A stretch of 64,000 bases of DNA, from assembly GCA_950097015.1 (NCBI GenBank), contig CATNEN010000030.1:186001-250000 (forward strand). The letters run 5' to 3'. A program made the position numbers and the translations under genes. Origin of the DNA: Macrostomum hystrix. Taxonomy: Eukaryota > Animalia > Platyhelminthes. The notes under the pieces were generated by a model. The model saw nothing but the letters and a program-made list of their open reading frames with translations. It did no database searches and was not told where the DNA came from. Shown in pieces: positions 38,480 to 50,078 of this stretch (its first letter is position 1; every line of letters begins with the position of its first letter).

Positions 38480-38880
38480 TCAGCACAATGCCCCTTGTCG
38501 GAACCTTTGTACCTCACACCTGACTCACAATGCCCCTTGTCGTCACTTTATCAACTCACACATGACTCAAAATGCCCATTGTCGGGGCTTTATCAACTCA
38601 CACCTGATTTACAATGCCCATTGTCGTCACTTTGTCACCTCACACCTGACTCACAATGCCCCTGTCGGCACTTTGTCACCTCACACCTGACTCACAATGC
38701 CCCTGTCGGCACTTTGTCACCTCACACCTGACTCACAATGCCCCTGTCGGCACTTTGTCACCTCACACCTGACTCACAATGCCCCTGTCGGCACTTTGTC
38801 ACCTCACACCTGACTCACAATGCCCCTTGTCGGCACTTTGTCGCTTCACACCTGACTCGCAATGGCCCTTGTCAACAATT
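38480..38880. repeat. 41/42-bp minisatellite (CACCTGACTCACAATGCCCCTGTCGGCACTTTGTCACCTCA)n directly after the opsin exon 1 donor
   Basis: Period visible directly, ~9 copies. Confidence 0.93.
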
Positions 38881-39763
38881 TATCACTTATCAGCTGGTTT
38901 TTCTCTTCAGTCTGGTTTGTTACCGATCTATCCCTTAGAACAGGGAATTTTTCGCCTTGACTTGTTAAAGAGCTAATGAGCATTGCGAATCACGAATCTC
39001 ATTTTTCAATATAGTTTGGCTAGAGCATCTCAGGGTCAACCTGACCTCTCAGGGTCTCAGTCGTCCGTGGAAACAAAAAAATTAAGCTAGCCGCTGGTTC
39101 TGAATGTCTAACAAAGATTTAGTTCCTCAGACCAATTATCTCCTATCAGACAGACAACCGGAGGTTAACTGGCAGCAGGAAGCTCTGGGAAATCGATACT
39201 CCATCGAGGTACAAAAATGGAAATGAGCTCACTAAAGTGATAATTAAGGCAAAAATATTCTTCAGAACTAGCTATCCCTAGAATTATATTTCCTATTTGC
39301 ATTACGTCCGGCACAAAAAATCTGATCATGCCGATCCAGATCCGTTAAACTTTTTAGACTTTTAAATATAACGTTACTTTAGCAGTTGAAAGATCTCGCT
39401 ATTTTTCCCACTAGGAAAAATTGATGGGGTATTTCAAATGCCCAATGCCTACTTCACGAAGCTCCCTAAACAATTACGACCAATTTTCGAGTGAAAATCA
39501 ATGGTGAAATTATGATTTTTTGTGAGCTGAAAAATTATGCCTAGATATTAGTGGCTTTTGCCGCCAGAGACCCCTACGAGAATCTCGACGATGCCAATGT
39601 TTTGTGATTCTGGAAGTTGTTTCATCGGATAGAGCGGGAAATTTGAGCCCGTGTTCTGGACTTTCATGGCGGATTGGTTGAGTATTTTGGGAGATACAGA
39701 AAAAATGAAAAATGTGGGTATTTGAAACACCCCTGTGGTTTTTCAACTGTCATCTCCTCGCAG

Positions 39764-40100
39764 GTATGTGTTCAGCACCTCCGTGTTGGGCTTGTTTAAC
39801 GTCAACCTGCTGACGGGCTTGTCCGCCCTGCGCTGCCGCATGGTGACCCGAAATCGGCCATTCGGCAGCGTCCAGGTTGGAGTCCTGATCGGCCTGTCCG
39901 CCCTAGTAGCCGTTGCCTGGAGCCTGCCGCCGATGTTCGACGTGTCCGGAGTTCGCCGCGTTGGTCACGTGGCCGCCTGCGACCTCGACTGGGCCGGCAA
40001 CCGAGTTGAGGACAAGGTCTACCTGGGCAGCCTGCTCAGCGGCCAGTACCTGCTGCCACTGCTGGTCATTGTCGGCTCCTACGTGGCCATCTTTGCTCAC
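39764..40100 (+). CDS. Divergent opsin, exon 2 (TM3-TM5)
   Basis: Acceptor ctcctcgcag, phase 2; WSLPPMF, ECL2 ACDLDW, YLLPLLVIVGSY; donor CAC|gtgagt, phase 0. Confidence 0.85.
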
Positions 40101-40677
40101 GTGAGTTGCACTTTTATAGCACAATGATCTTGACGCTTTGCTTACTCAATCTGCGTACTTTTTAGAATCAAATATTTATATTTTACTCAATTGTTTGCGC
40201 ATCTCGGAAAGCGAATAAAAATATTTTGCACTAATATTTTTCTTTTCACTCGAGCAACTCCGTGACTAAATCTGGATTAAAAAAGCAGACGACAATAGCC
40301 GTTTTCTGCTTTCACTGCTAATGAAAAATTGTCGCTGGAAGCAACATTTGTTTTCTGGAATCGGTTGCTATAAAAAGTCTTCCCAGATAGCAAATGGCAG
40401 AAACATCGAAGAAAAAAAATTTTGAATGCACTCAGTCCTGACATACTTAGTGGTATCTGGGCAATGCGAAAATGAAAACAACGAGAAGCTTTTAAGCTTG
40501 TTGTTTTCTAAACAATAGACGACTGCTCAAAGCTTAACTGTGACCAGGATATATAATGACATTTTCTTTGCTATGGTACTCGTAATAGATAACAAAATAT
40601 GTTGGAGAAATTCTTAAAGAGAAATTGAGAAATGCTGCAATTCTAAAAACAAAAGTGATTTTCCGCTCTGTGCTTTT

Positions 40678-41075
40678 AAGTGCTCAATAACAGTGTGAGT
40701 AGCATCAGTGTGCTCAATAACTGCATGAGTAGCTTCAGTGTGCTCAACAACTGCATGAGTAGCTTCAGTGTGCTCAATAACTGTATGAGTAGCTTCAGTG
40801 TGCTCAATAACTGTATGAGTAGCACCAGTGTGCTCAATAACTGCATGAGTAGCTTCAGTGTGCTCAATAACTGTATGAGTAGCATCAGTGTGCTCAATAA
40901 CTGCATGAGTAGCTTCAGTGTGCTCAACAACTGCATGAGTAACTTCAGTGTGCTCAATAACTGTATGAGTAGCTTCAGTGTGCTCAATAACTGTATGAGT
41001 AGCACCAGTGTGCTCAATAACTGCATGAGTAGCTTCAGTGTGCTCAATAACTGCATGAGTAGCTTCAGTGTGCTC
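40678..41075. repeat. 30-bp minisatellite (TGCTCAATAACTGCATGAGTAGCTTCAGTG)n, ~13 copies
   Basis: Period visible directly; variants recur at 180 bp. Confidence 0.96.
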
Positions 41076-41269
41076 ATTTATTCGATATATTCGATAACTT
41101 TGCTCGTCAAATATATTTGACGATATATTTGCTCGACGATATATTTGCTCGTCAAATGAAGCGAGATAAGACAATCTAATTAAATGCAAGTTAATCCCAA
41201 ATCTAACTATCCTTTCAAGCATTTCTACTAGCAGTAATATATGCACTCGTGTTTTGGTCTATCTGACAG

Positions 41270-41363
41270 ATCCGCCGGCACCGCGCCACCGGGGTGTCCA
41301 CCGGCAGTGGGAATCAGGCTCGCCGGGATCGTCAGTTCGTCATCCACGTCCTGGCTATCATTG
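41270..41363 (+). CDS. Divergent opsin, exon 3 (ICL3 and start of TM6)
   Basis: Acceptor atctgacag, phase 0; IRRHRATG...RRDRQFVIHVLAII; donor G|gtgagg, phase 1; phases fit the flanking exons. Confidence 0.75.
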
Positions 41364-42124
41364 GTGAGGAGACGCATTTGGGTTTAGAAACTGGATAAGT
41401 TTAATAGACAAACGCCTTTTCACTGGAAACCGGTCTTTGATTGGCCAAGATTTGAGTTGCTGCTATTTTTAGATTAGTTTGTGGGGATGACCATCCATTT
41501 AACCATCCCTAGCCCGGAGCCCGGAGCACGTGACCTGCGCCAGCAAATCAAACTTTTAGGTCGAATGCACATTGTGGAGATAAACTCGGTACCTTCATTG
41601 GTGTACTTTAATGCTCAGCGATGATTAATAAAAGGCCCAGACCTTTAGGAGCAACATACAATGAGTGCATCTGCACGCAGCAGCAGCAGCAGTAATATTC
41701 TCGGAAAAATGAGCATCATACTTGTCTACTGCAGCTAAAGAGTCGGGCTGCAAGTCTATCATACACCGACTTGTTCATTTTTTCTGCTAAAACAAATTTT
41801 ATACGAATCGCGTGCAGCAGTGGTGGAAAAAATTAATGTTAGGCGAGCCATATTGTGAGAGTAGCTTTGAATAATTTGGATAATTGAAGCTTGTAATTAT
41901 TCAGGCCGAATATCTACTCATTGATCCAGCACACGGGACAGACGGGGCACAAATTATGCTGCAGTAGCAGAAAAAAATTTAATGTTGATGCCAGTGATGT
42001 AAGCAGGTGCACATTATCTAGCGCACATTCTTATAACGCTTTACTGTCGGCAGTGTTCACAGGACACAGAACACAAAACTAGAACTAATTTAAATGGAGT
42101 GAAAAAAGCACAAGGCGTTAGGTG

Positions 42125-42825
42125 GCGAAAGCGTATCGGACTAGAACAGAGAGTCAACGGATAGGAAAGAAAGTGAGAGGGCGTGTGGTGGGCACAATTG
42201 TGTGTCGGATCAGCGCAGAGAATCAACGGATAGGAAATGAAGTGAGAGGGCGTGGGGTGGGCGTGAAAGGGTGTCGGATCAGCGCAGAGAATCAACGGAT
42301 AGGAATTGAAGTGAGAGGGCGTGGGGTAGGGTGGGCACAATTGTGTGTCGAATCAGCGCAGAGAATCAACGGATAGGAAATGAAGTGAGAGGGCGTGGGG
42401 TGGGCGTCAAAGGGTGACGGATCAGAACAGAGAGCCAACGGATAGGAAAGAAAGTGAGAGGGCGTGGGTGGGCACACTTGTGTGTCGGATCAGCGCAGAG
42501 AATCAACGGATAGGAATTGAAGTGAGAGGGCGTGGGGTAGGGTGGGCACAATTGTGTGTCGAATCAGCGCAGAGAATCAACGGATAGGAAATGAAGTGAG
42601 AGGGCGTGGGGTGGGCGTCAAAGGGTGACGGACCAGAACAGAGAGTCAACGGATAGGAAAGAAAGTGAGAGGGCGTGGGGTGGGCGCGAATGTGGGTCGG
42701 ATCAGCGCAGAGAATCGACGGATAGGAAATGAAGTCAGTGTGTCGGACTAGAACAGAGAATCAGCGGATAGGAAATGAAGTGAGGGGGCGTGAAAGGGTG
42801 ACGGACCAGAACAGAGAGCCATCGG
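42125..42825. repeat. Complex G-rich ~60-bp repeat with a 211-bp duplication, intronic
   Basis: Recurring AGAGAATCAACGGATAGGAAATGAAGTGAGAGGGCGTGGGG. Confidence 0.9.
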
Positions 42826-44636
42826 ACATTATTGAAGAAAGGCTGGCGAGAGTGGGTTCAAAAAGTCAATAGAATTGAGTGAAAAGGATGACAAAGTTTC
42901 TGAGCCATGCATTTAAGTCAATTTTAAAAGTGCAAATAAGAATTCGTTGCCTAAATCATAAGCCGCTAGAGCGGGGAGTTCAGCGTGCCTCCTATTCGTT
43001 ATTTCTGAAGAAATTAGCGCAAAAAGCTTGGCACACAGTAACAAGCCCTGAGGAAGCGTCGCTTGAGCGCTCGCACGCCGGTCAAATTCTACACCCATTC
43101 TGGGCTTTGGGAGTCGACCGTGAGTCTGTTCTCCTTATGCTTAAGGGAAACTTATGCTACCCTTACTCACTTTCTTCTATCTTTTCTCCCTGTCTGTTCT
43201 ATGGCACTGCGGATCAGTGTGAGGGATTTAATCCCACTCCCTGGAAGCGGCAGGCAGGTGTGATAACATCGCAGACTGATGGGGCCTGATCACTTTCCCC
43301 AGCTGCAACTAGATGCCGCTCAAAAATAACTCCCCATTAGTTCGTGGAGCAGTATTTCTGTTAGGTATATTTTGAACCCAGTCATATCTGTGTCTGTTTG
43401 TTCTCTCCATCGAGTCTACCATCCCTCCACCTCTAGATGCTTAAGCTTCATGCCTAATTCATTACTCTCATTCACTCTGAGAATAGCTGCTGGCTCTTCA
43501 GGATTCACACTCGACAGGCACCCAGCAACGCAGGCAGCAACGGCGCAAAAAAGCGAATGAGCGATGGGCAAAGAAGATAAAACAAGACAGAAGCAGCCTG
43601 TACGTCATAAATTTATTTGCCGAGCTCGACTTCAATGGGTCAGACTAAAAGTGCAGACATTGCACAGTTAGCACTAATTGCCGACTGTGCCATTCTTTAT
43701 TTCAAGCAAATAGCATTTTAATCAAGAGAAGCACCAGCAGAATTAGCTTTTTTTCGTGGAAATGCACACGAACATTCTTTTTTTATCAATATCGCCTCTT
43801 TCCTCCCGAAACAGTCGATCATGAATTCTGTCAAAAAATTGTCATTTAGCAACCGGCACGCCTTTAATCAGGAAGCATAATCCAAAACCTAATGAAACCG
43901 TGCAGTCAACCGTGCAGGCTTTTTAATATGGAACTCAAAAGCAGCAACAATCAATTAAAGCTTTTGCTGAAATTTTATAGCTGCTTTTAGTGAAATCAAC
44001 AAAATCTAGTTTTTTTATTCTAAATGCAGTCGCTTCAAAATGCTCGACTGTTTCATTTGAGCCCATAGAGGCTTCAAAATTTCCAAAATTTGGTATTCTG
44101 TTTTGACTACCTTTCGACCACGTTGTGGTCCATCCGTAGTGTATAGTTGATGGCCCAATTTCAGAACCTCAAAAGATTATCCTGTCATCCACAGTTTTGA
44201 CCATTTTATTCTTAAAGTACCCCTGACTTTGCTTTGTTTTAGTTGCCGATTAAAACTCGCAAACTTCGATTGTACTTCAAAGTACCTTCTTTCAACAATC
44301 AGCAGAAGAATAATACGAGCAATACTGTCCGGAAGCAGCCGTATCTTCTTAATTTCAATAATAAACTGAAAACGAGGACATAGAAAGTCGATTAGAAAAA
44401 AATGTGATGAATTAAGTCGATGAGTTATCAGTTCGATTCTGAGCGAAACTTTGTCACTGGCGCAACAGGAAGTCTGCTTTTTGTGAAGCAAATTCAATTC
44501 GCAGGTTTTGTCTATCTAATCATCCCCACCTGCGTCGATAGAGCCAGTGGACTTTTAAAGGCTTCATGAAATTTAGGCATGCAAGCCCTACGATCGGGCC
44601 CCATTTCAGGACATCGACTTGAACTGAAAACACAAG

Positions 44637-44945
44637 TTTAACTGACTTTAACCCAATCTAAATCCACTTTAACTGACTTTAACCCAACCTAAATCCACTT
44701 TACCTGACTTTAACCCAATCTAAATCCACTTTACCTGACTTTAACCCAACCTAAATCCACTTTACCTGACTTTAACCCAATCTAAATCCACTTTACCTGA
44801 CTTTAACCCAACCTAAATCCACTTTACCTGACTTTAACCCAATCTAAATCCACTTTACCTGACTTTAACCCAATCTAAATCCACTTTAACTGACTTTAAC
44901 CAAATCTAAATCCACTTAACTGACTTTAACTAAACCTAAACCCAC
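44637..44945. repeat. 31-bp minisatellite (CTGACTTTAACCCAATCTAAATCCACTTTAC)n, ~10 copies, abutting the opsin exon 4 acceptor
   Basis: Period visible directly. Confidence 0.95.
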
Positions 44946-44950
44946 TCCAG

Positions 44951-45405
44951 CATCCTTCTTAGTCTGCTGGACGCCCTACGCCATCTTGGCCGTCTGCAGC
45001 CTCGCCGAGGCGCTCAGCCTTGACAGCGACCTCTACCGCGTCCTGTCCACCGCAGCCCTCATGTTAGCTAAGACCGGCATGGCCGCCTCCGCCCTCGCCT
45101 ACTTCGCTGTCAACGTTGAGTTTCGTTCCGCCTTCGCCGCCACACCGCTTGGCCGGCGACTTCGCTGCCTCAGCTTCTGCATTGGCGACGACGCCAGACG
45201 CGACGGTGGCAGCGACGGCGGCCGGGACGGCCAGCAGACGGAGGCCATGGAGCTGCGTCGCGCTCGCGTTAACGGCCAAGACAATGAGATCAGTGACGAC
45301 GAGAGCAGCCGGAGCGACGACGACAGCAACGACGGAGACGGAGAGCGACACCGGCCGGCTAACGGCGAAGAGGCGACGCCGTTGAAGTTAGAGACCGGAG
45401 TCTGA
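44951..45405 (+). CDS. Divergent opsin, exon 4 (TM6 CWTPY, TM7 with Lys296-equivalent, tail)
   Basis: Acceptor ccactccag, phase 1; FLVCWTPYAI; LMLAKTG (AAG at 45070-45072); N-x-x-FR helix 8; four exons total 1176 bp = 391 aa. Confidence 0.85.
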
Positions 45406-46064
45406 CCTGCCCGGATTCAGGATGGCAAGTCGGAAAGCGCAGCAACAGCCACAGCTGCAGCTAGCGGTGGTGATACTACTCACAGTAGGCTTTGTCAGTA
45501 GCGGACAACAGTTCGCTTTTTCCGGTCTCGTCAGGTGTGCTGCTAATTGAAACCCGTCCTTGATTAGAAGCTTTGGAGGGGATTAGTTTAGGGAATTTTT
45601 ACTTAATCTCTAGGCATTAGAGAATAATTATCATTGCAAGTTGTCCCTTATCAAGACAGTTTATTGTCGTCCATCACTAGGTCTACATACTAGGCAGACT
45701 AAAACAAAGAATTTTTTTTGAAAAAAGGCATATCTTTTTGAAACGCAGTTCCAGACGATACGGTCAGAATTTTAAAAATAATATTTTTCTACAACAAAAC
45801 ACTAGATATTGATCCTGTCATGCTTGAACTGTGCTCAGAAAACGAATTTTCCCTTCCTCATGAGCTTCTTCGTGCGTTGAAGGTTTTGTTACATTTCCCA
45901 ACTAAACTTATCCTGTAGCAGTTTTCAAGCATCACATTTTCCAATTTCTCTTTCCAGTGCAAGCAAAAATTCCATTTAGAAATTTTCTTAGAAACTACGC
46001 AAAAATATTGTATTTTTGCCGGTTGAAATATATTTTTTGTAACGAATGCTGTTTTACATATGTG

Positions 46065-46506
46065 CAGACAGTTTGATGGACCAGTACGGAATGTGCAGCC
46101 AGTTTGATGGACCAGTACGGAATGTGCAGCCAGTTTGATGGACCAGTACGGAATGTGTAGACAGTTTGATGGACCAGTACGGGATGTGCAGCCAGTTTGA
46201 TGGACCAGTACGGAATGTGTAGACAGTTTGATGGACCAGTACGGGATGTGCAGCCAGTTTGATGGACCAGTACGGAATGTGCAGACAGTTTGATGGACCA
46301 GTACGGAATGTGCAGACAGTTTGATGGACCAGTACGGAATGTGCAGCCAGTTTGATGGACTAGTACGGAATGTGCAGCCAGTTTGATGGACCAGTACGGA
46401 ATGTGTAGACAGTTTGATGGACCAGTACGGAATGTGCAGCCAGTTTGATGGACCAGTACGGGATGTGCAGCCAGTTTGATGGACCAGTACGGAATGTGCA
46501 GCCAGT
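46065..46506. repeat. 31-bp minisatellite (CAGTTTGATGGACCAGTACGGAATGTGCAGC)n
   Basis: Period visible directly. Confidence 0.95.
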
Positions 46507-47166
46507 TTTATTCTTGCCATTAACATCATTATTCTAGTGTAGAGGTTTTAAAACACTCTTTCACTATGCTCGTTTGCATTGCCTGCATGTAACTTCGATT
46601 TGTGTCACACCAACAAAATTAAATTCACTTTTTGTGTTTAGAAGTTGCACTGGGATTGTGTTGTCCAAGGATTTTCTTAGAAAACAGAATAGCCCTTTCC
46701 CCATTCTTTTTTACTATCGAAAACTTTTTTCATTCTTGCGACCTGCTAAGTGAGCAGACAGTATTTCTTCAAGACAATATTTATGTTGTCCACTTGTGTC
46801 AAGTGTTATGTTTGTGTTAATTAGCTCTAATAGTACACTCGTATTTGTTTGTGTTATCGATCTTGTTAAAGAGTCCAAGTATTTTGTTTCTTCAACTTTA
46901 ACGTATCCGCAGTAGAAGCGTGTTCCTGCCCTTATCACAGAACTTATCACAGAACTTATCACAGAACTTATCACAGAACGGTGTTTTCTGTGATCTTCAA
47001 AGCGCTTGCATTCCCTCGTCAAAAAGAGGCAGTCGAAATTCTTTCAGAAAAAAAATAAAAAAACTTTTACGCTCATAAAAATGTTGCAACCAAAATTAAT
47101 TTGACTTTCTTCAAATGCATTTCTCCTAATCGACAGAATATTTAAAAAAATATCTTTCTACCGAAG

Positions 47167-47450
47167 GATCAGTTCCATGAAGGATCAGTTCCATGAAGGA
47201 TCAGTTCCATGAAGGATCAGTTCCATGAAAGATCAGTTCCATGAAAGATCAGTTCCATGAAGGATCAGTTCCATGAAGGATCAGTTCCATGAAGGATCAG
47301 TTCCATGAAGGATCAGTTCCATGAAGGATCAGTTCCATGAAGGATCAGTTCCATGAAGGATCAGTTCCATGAAGGATCAGTTCCATGAAGGATCAGTTCC
47401 AGGAAGGATCAGTTCCATGAAAGATCAGTTCCATGAAGGATCAGTTCCAT
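47167..47450. repeat. 16-bp minisatellite (GAAGGATCAGTTCCAT)n, ~18 copies
   Basis: Period visible directly. Confidence 0.96.
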
Positions 47451-47797
47451 TAACTATTAACTATAACTATTTTTAACTATTACTTAAGTTACACAAGTTT
47501 AATATTAATTTGACGCAATAAAACAATTTGTTTTGTCCTCATAAAATCAGCAATGATACACAATAGACAAAGGTTAAAGTTAAATTATCAGGCAGTGTAC
47601 TAAAGTACATTTTTGTGCCTTAGGGGTTGGCCCTAAAGGGCGTAAATTGCAAATAATTGTGGGGCTTACCACTCACCTCAATGGAGCCGTCCTACCACAG
47701 CAAAAAATAAGCAAAGAAGCAACGGATCAACATTCCGTTCATGCTACTAGTGAGTAGATTATTCGTTGATGTTCGCCGATAAAAAGTTACCTCGCAA

Positions 47798-48219
47798 TCA
47801 GAAGTTCTGCGTGGCTTCAATCTTCGGCCCGCTTTCAATGTCGCTTTGAGTCGCACTTCGTAAGACGCCGCCGCCGCCACACTCGGCGAGACCGACGACC
47901 TCCGCTGTGGCAGCCGCAGCAGCCGCTTCTGATGCCTCTGACTGGCTGCCGAAGGGTCCCAGTTGGGCATAGCTGCCGGCATCGACTGAGGGAGCCACGA
48001 TGCCTGCGGTAGTCACGGACGATCTGACAATCGACGAGCAGGCTGATGTGCCCACTCCACTCAGTCGGCTGGTGGAATGCGGCAGCAGGGTGTGTACCGT
48101 GTGATCCCTCGGCAGACGGGCTGCAGCCGGTCCCGCATTGCCAACGCCGGCCGCGGCCATCGCCGACGACGCTGGCAGATCCATGTGGTCGTCATCGCCA
48201 TCTGTGCTGCCCAGTGCGG
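47798..48219 (-). CDS. Prostanoid-receptor-like GPCR, exon 3 (Ser/Ala-rich C-terminal tail)
   Basis: Acceptor tctcccccgccctag, phase 1, in frame with the 47798..48184 ORF; GC-rich. Confidence 0.7.
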
Positions 48220-48282
48220 CTAGGGCGGGGGGAGACAGGTGTTGGAAGTGAAGTCATGGATCGAGAATCAGCTATGAACTCC

Positions 48283-48893
48283 TGAGATTCCTGAGTCTGT
48301 GTACATCGTGTTCTCCTGAGTCAGTGTGTATCCTGTTCTCCTGAGTCAGTGTATATCCTGTTCTCCTGAGTCAGTGTGTATATCCTGTTCTCCTGAGTCA
48401 GTGTACATCGTGTTCTCCTGAGTCAGTGTACATCCTGTTCTCCTGAGTCAGTGTACATCGTGTTCTCCTGAGTCAGTGTATATCGTGTTCTCCTGAGTCA
48501 GTGTACATCGTGTTCTCCTGAGTCAGTGTACATCGTGTTCTCCTGAGTCAGTGTACACCGTGTTCTCCTGAGTCAGTGTACATCGTGTTCTCCTGAGTCA
48601 GTGTACACCGTGTTCTCCTGAGTCAGTGTACATCGTGTTCTCCTGAGTCAGTGTACACCGTGTTCTCCTGAGTCAGTGTACACAGTGTTCTCCTGAGTCA
48701 GTGTACATCGTGTTCTCCTGAGTCAGTGTACACCGTGTTCTCCTGAGTCAGTGTACACAGTGTTCTCCTGAGTCAGTGTACATCGTGTTCTCCTGAGTCA
48801 GTGTACATCGTGTTCTCCTGAGTCAGTGTACACCGTGTTCTCCTGAGTCAGTGTACACCGTGTTCTCCTGAGTCAGTGTACATCCTGTTCTCT
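48283..48893. repeat. 25-bp minisatellite (TCCTGAGTCAGTGTACATCGTGTTC)n, ~24 copies, intronic
   Basis: Period visible directly. Confidence 0.96.
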
Positions 48894-49334
48894 TCAGTCT
48901 ATTTACATGTTATGTTTGATAAGTTTTTGTGATGAATCTGATATTTGAAAAAGTATTTGCCTGGCTTTTTAACAAGCATCTTCAAATGAGTCGAATTCTC
49001 ATAAAAAGATACGATTTCTGAACACAATCACGGGTTGTGACGATCGAGTTAATATTTGCAGACGCATGCATAATAAATTTTTTTTTTCAGTCAATGCAAA
49101 GCTTGCTAAAATTTTGATCTTAAAATGACAGCAGCTTTTTGCCGCTGCAGATTCGGGATAGAAAAAATAAGATTGCTCCTGCAAAACCCTCTGAAATCGT
49201 TAAGTCTGCCCGTGATAATCATCGATTTTCCCATATCGACTGCCTAGAAAAGTGACATCGACCGAGGCGGGCGGAAATGGCAAAACGAACATGACAAGAC
49301 TTGGGTAAAGGGCTGAAAAATAAAGGATTCGAGT

Positions 49335-49950
49335 AGCTGCTGTTCGATGTACTTTTTTTAGCTGTGTACCGTCTGTGACTAGCTGCTGTTCGATGAACTT
49401 TTTTTAGCTGTGTACCGTCTGTGACTAGCTGCTGTTCGATGTACTTTTTTTAGCTGTGTACCGTCTGTGACTAGCTGCTGTTCGATGTACGTTTTTTAGC
49501 TGTGTACCGTCTGTGACTAGCTGCTGTTCGATGTACTTTTGTTAGCTGTGTACCGTCTGTGACTAGCTGCTGTTCGATGTACTTTTTTTAGCTGTGTACC
49601 GTCTGTGACTAGCTGCTGTTCGATGTACTTTTGTTAGCTGTGTACCGTCTGTGACTAGCTGCTGTTCGATGTAGTTTTTTTAGCTGTGTACCGTCTGTGA
49701 CTAGCTGCTGTTCGATGTACGTTTTTTAGCTGTGTACCGTCTGTGACTAGCTGCTGTTCGATGTACTTTTGTTAGCTGTGTACCGTCTGTGACTAGCTGC
49801 TGTTCGATGTACTTTTTTTAGCTGTGTACCGTCTGTGACTAGCTGCTGTTCGATGTACTTTTGTTAGCTTTGTACCGTCTGTGGCTAGCTGCTGTTCGAT
49901 GTACTTTTGTTAGCTGTGTACCGTCTGTGACTAGCTGCTGTTCGATGTAA
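49335..49950. repeat. ~46-bp minisatellite (AGCTGCTGTTCGATGTACTTTTTTTAGCTGTGTACCGTCTGTGACT)n, intronic
   Basis: Period visible directly, variable T-tract. Confidence 0.95.
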
Positions 49951-50078
49951 TTTTAGTCAGTAATTTTACTGGCAATTTAATTTGACGAGGTGTGTACCTG
50001 TTTTTTGTGCGTAATTTTATTTTTGATACGTACTTCTTCAACAAAAAATCATTCGAATCGAGAGTCAATAAGACTCAC

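Noticed and set aside
44637-44945. Telomere-like words (TAACCC, CCTAAA) in the 31-bp array
   Set aside because: No tandem TTAGGG; isolated degenerate hexamers only
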